This document shows positions 1 through 7,158 of a stretch of 32,000 nucleotides of DNA, one piece after another. Numbering within the stretch: the stretch's first letter is position 1; every line of letters begins with the position of its first letter. Source of the DNA: Ktedonobacterales bacterium (lineage in GTDB: Bacteria; Chloroflexota; Ktedonobacteria; Ktedonobacterales; JADMIN01); assembly GCA_030167145.1 (NCBI GenBank), contig CP126532.1, positions 2,790,001 through 2,822,000 on the forward strand. Reading direction: 5' to 3'. The notes beneath the pieces are model-generated. The model made no database searches, had not been told where the DNA came from, and saw nothing but the letters and a program-made list of their open reading frames with translations. A program made the translations under genes and the position numbers.

Positions 1-49
1 GGCGCATTGGCGACATAGCCAAATCCCTTCCAACGTGTTGTATATATCG

Positions 50-88
50 GCACGTGAGCATGAGTCGTCATTTCTCATGCTCACGCGC
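50..88 (-). terminator. GC-rich stem-loop downstream of the 159..1004 gene; possible terminator
   Basis: Perfect 12-bp inverted repeat CGTGAGCATGAG (53-64) / CTCATGCTCACG (74-85) with a 9-nt loop, read directly. No clear U-tract on either strand. Confidence 0.3.
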
Positions 89-158
89 AATGACCTAAGA
101 ATCGCCTAACTGGGATGGCTTACGTTTTCCATATCCCATCCCGTAATAGTTGGGCGGG

Positions 159-1004
159 CTAGACGGATATGGGCAACTGACTCGTGTAGTATACATGCCC
201 ATCAACACCTACCACGTGATCTTTGCCATCTGCACCTGGAACCAGCCAAACCGGATCACCAGCATATTCTCCGCCCGATACCCACACGATTTTTCCCGTT
301 TGTTGGGCATAGGCGTTGACGGGGAAATAGACGAGTTGGGGTTGGGCGGAGGCGCGAAGAGAGGTGTGATGCTGCGCCATTACCGCAGCCGTAGCATCCT
401 GCGCGGACATGCGAGCGATGACGTTGTGAGGATGCGGCTTGGTGTAGGTCACGATTGCCTGGACGAGAATCGCGGTGCTGTTTGGGTTCAGCTCAAGTTC
501 CGCAGCGCCAATCGTTGCCCCGGATGTGTCATTCACTGGGATAACGTAGAAATTCGGCATCGCGTATTTGCCAGAACTCACCAGACAGCGGACAAAGAGC
601 GGCGGGCCGAGGTGGGAAAGATCCTTGATATAGTCGCCGCCCCCTGAGCGATCTACATTGAAGAGCGGACTCTGGCGCGCGGCTGCAATGATGTCGGCTG
701 GCGAATGAGACTTCAAGGTAATCCACCTGGCGGTTGTTGGACATGCTGGCAGACCAGCTGTGCCACAGGTATCCTGGGTGGGACCCTGACTCATCACTCC
801 GCTAGCTAGCCCTGATGGTGAACCGTGGCCCGAAGCTGAGGCTGTCGAGAGATTGTGTGCGACGATGCCAATCGTACCGAGCGTGAATACCATTGCCGCT
901 GCTAAAACTACAAAGGCGAAGTTGCCTGCGGTATGCTTCAGGTTCCGCTGTAGCTTGGAACCGCGCTTGGATTGCCGTCTTGCGGTACGTGCTGACACTT
1001 TCAT
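159..1004 (-). CDS. Membrane-anchored exported protein of unknown function (281 aa)
   Basis: ORF-track frame 159..1286(-) trimmed to the ATG at 1004, preceded by AGGAGA 8 nt upstream. Basic N-terminus, then one hydrophobic helix (FAFVVLAAAMVFTLGTIGIV), a Ser/Gly linker and a globular C-terminal part. No family recognised. Stop TAG at 159-161. Confidence 0.6.
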   Translation of the reverse strand: MKVSARTARRQSKRGSKLQRNLKHTAGNFAFVVLAAAMVFTLGTIGIVAHNLSTASASGHGSPSGLASGVMSQGPTQDTCGTAGLPACPTTARWITLKSHSPADIIAAARQSPLFNVDRSGGGDYIKDLSHLGPPLFVRCLVSSGKYAMPNFYVIPVNDTSGATIGAAELELNPNSTAILVQAIVTYTKPHPHNVIARMSAQDATAAVMAQHHTSLRASAQPQLVYFPVNAYAQQTGKIVWVSGGEYAGDPVWLVPGADGKDHVVGVDGHVYYTSQLPISV

Positions 1005-1056
1005 GCGATGTTTCTCCTCTCTGATGCGCTTACCGTTTCCTTTTTGCTGGGGTGGC

Positions 1057-2091
1057 TTACTCGTAGAGTATTTGTTGTCCATTGATCGAGTTGTAAGCCC
1101 AATCTGGACTCCACTGCCCATTGGTGTAGTTGTTATCCAGCCGGATCCAAGTGAAGCCGCCGTACCAATGCTTTTTGCCCGCGCCTGCATAAGGGCCAAC
1201 GGAAGGCTCAGGGTCGAACGTGTTAAGGCCATCGCCCACTGCGTATTTATCACCGTAGTAGAGCGACCAGAGCGAGTATGTGCCAAACTGGTTGCCTAGC
1301 CCGCTACCGTAGTTGCCTCCGGCCCACACACTGTAGTCTATCTCTTCGCGGTCACTACTATAGTCCCCTTCTGGATCGCGGTAGACCAACCCCTGAATCT
1401 GTGCGGGAAAGCTCGTCATCGGATCAGTCGCAGACCACAGGCCAGTGACCAGGACTAAGTGCATACCACCGTTGATAGCTACGCTCACCGGTTCGCTGTA
1501 CTGTTCGAGCGCGACCCCCAACTTCGTTGTCGCTTCGAGTACCTGCTGGCTGAAAGGCGGGGGTATTTGGCCAGCATGCGCGAAGGTCCAGCGATAGATG
1601 TAATCGTGATAGAAGGTGTTAGCGATCGTGTAGTTCCATGCCATGTAGGCCACAGAACGTGGATCGGTGCCGCCATCAGGAGCAATGTTGGTATAGCCAG
1701 CCCACGTATTTTTGGGGGTTGCGTAACCCCACTGGCTTTCACCACTCGTTTGTGTCTGATTGTTGTGCTCAACAGTGGTTTGAGCTGACGAGTTGGTGAA
1801 TGGTTGGGTTTGACCTTTGTTGATGGAATCGTAGTTCGCCATTGCAATAGCGTTCTCGACGCCACAGGCGTTGCTGCCAGGTGCTTGTGGCCAAATCCCA
1901 TTGTCGATGGATTCGATCATGATATTCGACAATGCCCCATACCATGCGCCTGTGCAGCCATGACATGCAGCATGCGCTACTGGATTGGGTGATAACCAAG
2001 GGAGTTTCGACCATCCCGTGGCAAGCAATGCTCCTGAAACAACAAACAAGGCCATTGCCAACTTCAGAGCACCGCGTTGGTACTTCGTCAC
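1057..2091 (-). CDS. Secreted protein, probable papain-fold / C39-like cysteine peptidase (344 aa)
   Basis: Frame of ORF 1057..3342(-) trimmed to the GTG at 2091, preceded by GAGGAGGAAG. Signal-peptide-like N-terminus (KYQRGALKLAMALFVVSGALLATG). Candidate catalytic motifs are Q-x6-C (QAPGSNACGVENAIAMANY) and GGMHLVLVTG, resembling C39-like domains from memory. The family call is an inference. Confidence 0.55.
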   Translation of the reverse strand: MTKYQRGALKLAMALFVVSGALLATGWSKLPWLSPNPVAHAACHGCTGAWYGALSNIMIESIDNGIWPQAPGSNACGVENAIAMANYDSINKGQTQPFTNSSAQTTVEHNNQTQTSGESQWGYATPKNTWAGYTNIAPDGGTDPRSVAYMAWNYTIANTFYHDYIYRWTFAHAGQIPPPFSQQVLEATTKLGVALEQYSEPVSVAINGGMHLVLVTGLWSATDPMTSFPAQIQGLVYRDPEGDYSSDREEIDYSVWAGGNYGSGLGNQFGTYSLWSLYYGDKYAVGDGLNTFDPEPSVGPYAGAGKKHWYGGFTWIRLDNNYTNGQWSPDWAYNSINGQQILYE

Positions 2092-2126
2092 GCACTTCCT
2101 CCTCACGAACCAAAAACAATCCTGCC

Positions 2127-3213
2127 GATACGCGGGGATACGCGGGGATACGCGGGGATACGCGGGGATACGCGGGGATACGCGGGGATACGCGGGGATA
2201 CGCGGGGATACGCGGGGATACGCGGGGATACGCGGGGATACGCGGGGATACGCGGGGATACGCGGGGATACGCGGGGATACGCGGGGATACGCGGGGATA
2301 CGCGGGGATACGCGGGGATACGCGGGGATACGCGGGGATACGCGGGGATACGCGGGGATACGCGGGGATACGCGGGGATACGCGGGGATACGCGGGGATA
2401 CGCGGGGATACGCGGGGATACGCGGGGATACGCGGGGATACGCGGGGATACGCGGGGATACGCGGGGATACGCGGGGATACGCGGGGATACGCGGGGATA
2501 CGCGGGGATACGCGGGGATACGCGGGGATACGCGGGGATACGCGGGGATACGCGGGGATACGCGGGGATACGCGGGGATACGCGGGGATACGCGGGGATA
2601 CGCGGGGATACGCGGGGATACGCGGGGATACGCGGGGATACGCGGGGATACGCGGGGATACGCGGGGATACGCGGGGATACGCGGGGATACGCGGGGATA
2701 CGCGGGGATACGCGGGGATACGCGGGGATACGCGGGGATACGCGGGGATACGCGGGGATACGCGGGGATACGCGGGGATACGCGGGGATACGCGGGGATA
2801 CGCGGGGATACGCGGGGATACGCGGGGATACGCGGGGATACGCGGGGATACGCGGGGATACGCGGGGATACGCGGGGATACGCGGGGATACGCGGGGATA
2901 CGCGGGGATACGCGGGGATACGCGGGGATACGCGGGGATACGCGGGGATACGCGGGGATACGCGGGGATACGCGGGGATACGCGGGGATACGCGGGGATA
3001 CGCGGGGATACGCGGGGATACGCGGGGATACGCGGGGATACGCGGGGATACGCGGGGATACGCGGGGATACGCGGGGATACGCGGGGATACGCGGGGATA
3101 CGCGGGGATACGCGGGGATACGCGGGGATACGCGGGGATACGCGGGGATACGCGGGGATACGCGGGGATACGCGGGGATACGCGGGGATACGCGGGGATA
3201 CGCGGGGATACGC
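2127..3213. repeat. Perfect tandem decamer array (GATACGCGGG)n, ~108.7 copies, 1087 bp
   Basis: Read directly: 108 consecutive identical CGCGGGGATA blocks from 2131 to 3210, plus partial units at both ends, with no substitution or indel. Open in all reading frames on both strands because the unit has no stop in any phase. Confidence 0.98.
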
Positions 3214-3465
3214 CCCGTCTTGCTGAACCTCCTCTCGAAAACTAATGACTTTGATGGTTTGGAGTGCTACTGTGAGGGATAACCCTCCTGTTGCTGCATC
3301 TCCTCTGGGTGAGAGTTTACCTACTAGATTACAACTTGTCAACCCTTTGTGTCTTCTTCTTAAAAATTGCCAAACTTGTGCAATCCGTTAGTGGGTTTCT
3401 GCGCTATACTGATGGGTAGCGAGAGCGAGCGGCAGAAGCAAGCAGAGACGAGGGGGCAGGAGCGG

Positions 3466-3966
3466 ATGGCGACACCAACTGAGGCGAAGGTGTCGGTGCG
3501 TCCAGCGTCGGATGCGGACCGTGAGGCGGCGTCGGCGTTCATTACGGCGGGGACGGCGCGGGGGCGGGCGAGTCTGGCGCTGTTGCGGCTGCGGCAGGGG
3601 TTGCTGTGGGTGGCGGTGGAGGAGAGCGCGGATGGCGAGAAGAGCGAGAAGCTGGTGGGGCTGCTGCTGGCGACGGTGCAGATCGAAGGGGATGACGCAG
3701 AGCCAGCGGGATATATCCATGAACTGCTGGTACACCCAGCGTACCGGCGGCTGGGGGTGGCGATGCACCTGTTGGATGCCGCTGAGCGCTTTTTTCTTGA
3801 GGAGCAGGGGTTTGCGCAGGTGTATCTGGTGACGTCGGCGGATAATGAGGCGGCGCTGCGGCTGTATCGCAGCCGTGGCTATCATATTCAGTCGGTGCAA
3901 TTGACCAAGCTGGGGTCGTCCGCCACACGCGAGGTGCGCGACGATGATGGCACAGTGGAAGAGTAG
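3466..3966 (+). CDS. GNAT family N-acetyltransferase (166 aa)
   Basis: ORF 3367..3966 trimmed to the ATG at 3466 (GGAG 4 nt upstream; start uncertain). Acetyl-CoA binding motif A region HELLVHPAYRRLGVAMHLL and a C-terminal NEAALRLYRSRGY, both typical of GNAT. Confidence 0.8.
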   Translation: MATPTEAKVSVRPASDADREAASAFITAGTARGRASLALLRLRQGLLWVAVEESADGEKSEKLVGLLLATVQIEGDDAEPAGYIHELLVHPAYRRLGVAMHLLDAAERFFLEEQGFAQVYLVTSADNEAALRLYRSRGYHIQSVQLTKLGSSATREVRDDDGTVEE

Positions 3967-3978
3967 GAGCGCAACACG

Positions 3979-4800
3979 ATGTCACAATCCATTTCGTTCG
4001 ATCCGGTGGCGGACCGCTATGATGCGACACGCTATCACCATGCGGAGGTAAGTGAGCGTATCGCGGCGGGGCTGATGGCGGTGGGGCGCATACCAGCGGG
4101 CGGGAGCATGCTGGAGATTGGCATCGGCACGGGACGGATTGCGCTGCCGTTGCTGGCGGCGGGCATCAACGTGACGGGGGTGGACATCTCGACGCGGATG
4201 GTGGAGCGGCTGTGGGCGAAATATGATGAGCGACGGGCCGCCGCGCCGGAGCGGACGTGGGGCACGCTGACGGTGGAGATGGCGGATATGACGGCGCTGC
4301 CGTTCGCGGATGGGGCATTTGATGCGGTGGTGGGGGTGCATGTGCTGCATCTGGCGCCGGAGTGGCGGCGGGCGCTGGCGGAGGCGTTGCGCGTGACGAA
4401 GCGTGGCGGTGCGGTGTTGATCGGGCAGGATGTGCGCGAGGATGAGGCGCGGAGCCGCATTCACGAAGAATGGGACGCGATTGTGGAAGACCTGGGCTAT
4501 AATCCGGATCCGGTGGGGGCGGCGAGCTTTCAGAGCATCGTGGATGAACTGCGGAGCCGGGGCGTGCCGGTGGAGATTCGCACGCTGGCGACGTGGCAGG
4601 AGGAGAATGCGCCACGCGAGGCGTTGCTAAATATTACGGAGCGGCTGTGGTCGCGCACGTGGGCGGTGCCGGATGATCTCTTCGCGGAATCGTCGCGCAG
4701 GCTGACGGCGTGGGCCGAGCGGGAGTACGGCGATACGCTGGACACACCACATGTGGCGGCGTATTCGTTCAGGGTGGCGGTGGGACGCGTGGGGGCGTAG
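3979..4800 (+). CDS. Class I SAM-dependent methyltransferase (273 aa)
   Basis: Motif I LEIGIGTGRIALPL, an acidic residue after beta-2 (GVDIS) and a post-I/II region FDAVVGVHVLHL. GGAG RBS 9 nt upstream. Starts 13 nt after the GNAT stop, so likely co-transcribed. Confidence 0.85.
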   Translation: MSQSISFDPVADRYDATRYHHAEVSERIAAGLMAVGRIPAGGSMLEIGIGTGRIALPLLAAGINVTGVDISTRMVERLWAKYDERRAAAPERTWGTLTVEMADMTALPFADGAFDAVVGVHVLHLAPEWRRALAEALRVTKRGGAVLIGQDVREDEARSRIHEEWDAIVEDLGYNPDPVGAASFQSIVDELRSRGVPVEIRTLATWQEENAPREALLNITERLWSRTWAVPDDLFAESSRRLTAWAEREYGDTLDTPHVAAYSFRVAVGRVGA

Positions 4801-4831
4801 GATATGCGCGCGCTTGCGGGTCATCTGGCAG

Positions 4832-6073
4832 TTATGGCAGCGTCAGTAGGCCTAGCTGCACTTTCAGGAGGATGATGCGATGCAGCGCCTCGTGCAGTCG
4901 CGCCTGCGAGATGCGGCCGGACTGCACGGCTTGGGTCATGGCCGCGACGGTGGCGGCGAGGCGGTCCTGTTCGATGGGGGCTTCGATGATATCGTCGCCC
5001 GCGAGGAACGCGCGTACACAGGCTTCGGCGATACCTTGTGTGGGGTCGTTGTAGCCCTGCTGGCGCATGTAGGCGATGACGCCCTGGGCGTCCATCGCGT
5101 CGGTGACGACGGCGCCCTGGTAGCCAAGTTGTCCGCGCAAGACCTGCTGCACCAGCACCGAGGAGAACGCGGCGGGGGTCTGCTGGTCATAGGCGGGGAC
5201 GAAGACGGTGGTGACCATGATGAGGTCGGGTTGGTGGGGCAGCAGCGCGCGGAATGAGGCGAAGTCTATGGCGTTGAGCTGGGCCTGAGTATGGTTGACG
5301 GTGGGGAGGGTGAAGTCGGGGTTGCCGGTGGAGGCGCCGAGACCCGGCCAGTGTTTCAGCGTTCCGGCGATGCCGTGCTGCTGCAAGCCGTCGAGGAAAG
5401 CGCCCGCGTAGCTGGTGACTTGAGTGGGGGTCGTGCCGAACATACGGCTGGGGTCAATACCGCCGCCCTGGGAGATGTCGGCCAGCGGGGCGAAGTCTAC
5501 GTTGAGGCCGACCTGCTGCATGCGCTGGGCGTCGGTCTGGGCCTGGAGATAGGCCTGGTGGGGGTCGCCGGTGGCGGTGAGTTGCTGGGGTGAGGGGGTA
5601 TGGCCGTAATAGAAGGAGAGGCGATCTACCAGGCCACCCTCTTCGTCGGTCGCGAGGAGCAGCGGGGTGTCGGCGTGCGTCTTGAGGTCGCGCACGAGTT
5701 GTTGCATGCCAGCGAGTGTGCTGGGCATGACCGGACCGCCGTTGTAGTTGGGGAAGATGATGGCGCTGCCGAGATGCCATTGGGTGAGCGCCTGATCGAG
5801 GTTGGCGTTGTAGCCGTTGGCGTAGACCGCGAGCATGAGCGTCTGGCCGATCTGTTGCGCGGGGGTGAGTGTGGCGATATAGGCGTCTATGCGTTGGTCG
5901 AGGCTGGGCGCGGGTGTGCTGGTGGCGGTGGGAGCGATGGTGGGTGTGGCGACGGTGGTGGCGGTGGGTGTCGCCGTTCGCGCTACAGGTCCGCTGGCGC
6001 AGGCGGAGAGGACGATGAGCAGTGACAACATCATGAGCGCGGCGCGAGATTGGCGTGGCGGGCGCTTAATCAT
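4832..6073 (-). CDS. Glycoside hydrolase family 3 N-terminal-domain lipoprotein (NagZ/beta-hexosaminidase-like, 413 aa)
   Basis: ORF 4832..6418(-) trimmed to the ATG at 6073 (GGGGAGTG RBS). Lipobox LSAC after a hydrophobic signal. GH3 hallmarks TDEEGG, KHWPGLG and VVTDAMD. The NagZ D-[ST]-H dyad is not obvious after KHWPGLG, so substrate is left open. Confidence 0.8.
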   Translation of the reverse strand: MIKRPPRQSRAALMMLSLLIVLSACASGPVARTATPTATTVATPTIAPTATSTPAPSLDQRIDAYIATLTPAQQIGQTLMLAVYANGYNANLDQALTQWHLGSAIIFPNYNGGPVMPSTLAGMQQLVRDLKTHADTPLLLATDEEGGLVDRLSFYYGHTPSPQQLTATGDPHQAYLQAQTDAQRMQQVGLNVDFAPLADISQGGGIDPSRMFGTTPTQVTSYAGAFLDGLQQHGIAGTLKHWPGLGASTGNPDFTLPTVNHTQAQLNAIDFASFRALLPHQPDLIMVTTVFVPAYDQQTPAAFSSVLVQQVLRGQLGYQGAVVTDAMDAQGVIAYMRQQGYNDPTQGIAEACVRAFLAGDDIIEAPIEQDRLAATVAAMTQAVQSGRISQARLHEALHRIILLKVQLGLLTLP

Positions 6074-6406
6074 GGTCACTCCCCAGTCTGGTGCAACATC
6101 CGTATCATGCGGGTCACGTTGCTTTGTTGGTCGTATAACCCTGCTATTGATAAGATGCTTGCGGTGGCGCAGGTGTTCACGACGAGCGAGAAACAGAGCA
6201 AGGCTACCACACGGCGCACCCAGGCGCAAGGCCAGTCCAGCGGGATGTGGGGGTTCACGTATCGCGTGGCGTGCGGCATGCGCAGAGCGGGCGGTTGAAA
6301 CCGCGCCTGGATGGCGTGCCGCCGCGAAACCCGCCTGCGCGGGTTCGGAACAGAGTGTGACAATGGAAAGACCCTGCGCGGAAAAGTGGGTTTTGCGGCG
6401 AAGATG

Positions 6407-6472
6407 GGTTGGGCGCAATCACTTGGGCGCAATCACTTGGGCGCAATCACTTGGGCGCAATCACTTGGGCGG
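6407..6472. repeat. 14-bp tandem repeat (ACTTGGGCGCAATC) x ~4.7
   Basis: Read directly: GGTTGGGCGCAATC, then three perfect ACTTGGGCGCAATC units, then the partial unit ACTTGGGCGG. Lies between the divergent GH3 gene (start 6073) and the ECF sigma gene (start 6544). Confidence 0.95.
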
Positions 6473-6543
6473 AGCTATCTCGTCCCTCTCTATGACGGCG
6501 TCGTGATACCTGGGTAGTGGCGTGCGTCGAGAGGGGAGTGAGG

Positions 6544-7158
6544 ATGCAGTGGTCGCAGAGCGAGGAGAGCATGCGCAGTGACGATCCGGCGGCACAACGC
6601 TGTGAGCCGGACGAGACGCGGAACGAAGCATACATACGGCTGGCGCAGCCGCACATGGCGGCAATGCTGCATGTGGCGACGGCGCTGGTTGGTCCAGCGG
6701 ACGCTGAGGATGCCGCGCAGGAAGCGCTGCTGCGCGGGATGCGGTCGTGGGGGACGCTTCGGGATGTGGGTGCGCTGCGCACGTGGCTGTTTCGCATCAC
6801 CTACAACGTCTGCACCGATTGGCAGCGTGGCCGCTTTGGCACGCAGCGCCATCTGACACAGCCGTTGCCGGATGATGACGAACTGGCATTCGCGTCGCTG
6901 GATGACGATCCAGGGGCGAGCGATCACGCTGCCGCGCTGGACCTGCGCCATGCGATCAACCGGCTGGATGCAGGTCTGCGGCTGGTGGTGGTGCTGCGCT
7001 ATTACGCCAACATGGATGCGGCGGAAATCGGCGTGATGCTGCATCTTCCCTCATCTACCGTGCGGACACGGCTGCGCCGTGCCCTTGCACTTTTACGTAC
7101 TGATCCACAGATTGCGAGCGATGTTGCGACCTCGCGGGCAGAGAAAGGGGGACGGTGA
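6544..7158 (+). CDS. ECF-type RNA polymerase sigma-70 family factor (204 aa)
   Basis: Region 2 (DAEDAAQEALLRGMRSW ... RTWLFRITYNVCTDWQR) and region 4 HTH (VVVLRYYANMDAAEIGVMLHLPSSTVRTRLRRAL). ATG at 6544 preceded by GAGAGGGGAGTGAGG. The GTG at 6517 is a less likely start. Confidence 0.9.
   Translation: MQWSQSEESMRSDDPAAQRCEPDETRNEAYIRLAQPHMAAMLHVATALVGPADAEDAAQEALLRGMRSWGTLRDVGALRTWLFRITYNVCTDWQRGRFGTQRHLTQPLPDDDELAFASLDDDPGASDHAAALDLRHAINRLDAGLRLVVVLRYYANMDAAEIGVMLHLPSSTVRTRLRRALALLRTDPQIASDVATSRAEKGGR

Noticed and set aside
150-647. 165-aa plus-strand ORF
   Set aside because: Antisense to the RBS-supported 159..1004 gene, with no RBS or recognisable domain. Typical high-GC shadow ORF.
2127-3213. 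CRISPR array interpretation of the decamer tract
   Set aside because: Units are directly abutting 10-mers with no spacers, and no cas genes are nearby. This is a simple tandem repeat.
1932-3342. Long ORFs through the array: (GIRGDTRGYA)n on plus (1932..3245, 1985..3226, 2077..3282) and (AYPRVSPRIP)n on minus as an N-terminal extension of 1057..3342
   Set aside because: The unit contains no stop in any of the six phases, so open frames are automatic. All three plus ORFs encode the same peptide in shifted frames, which is a DNA-level artefact. The minus ORF begins at a TTG without an RBS, whereas a strong RBS plus signal peptide defines the real start at 2091. In-frame continuity with the peptidase gene over only 35 nt is not significant.
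4832-6418. Full-length 528-aa version of the GH3 ORF, and similarly extended starts of the ANTAR regulator (10597), HdeD (11991), FGE (26682), DUF1232 (26840) and sulfatase (29288) ORFs
   Set aside because: The upstream extensions are Arg/His/Pro-rich, lack an RBS and in some cases overlap neighbouring genes. In each case an internal start with a Shine-Dalgarno site coincides with the beginning of the recognisable domain or signal peptide.
6255-6517. Small ORFs crossing the 14-bp repeat (6311..6517 plus; 6255..6446 minus)
   Set aside because: The repetitive peptide (GAITWAQSLGRNHL) derives from a 14-bp unit read in shifting frames. No start context.
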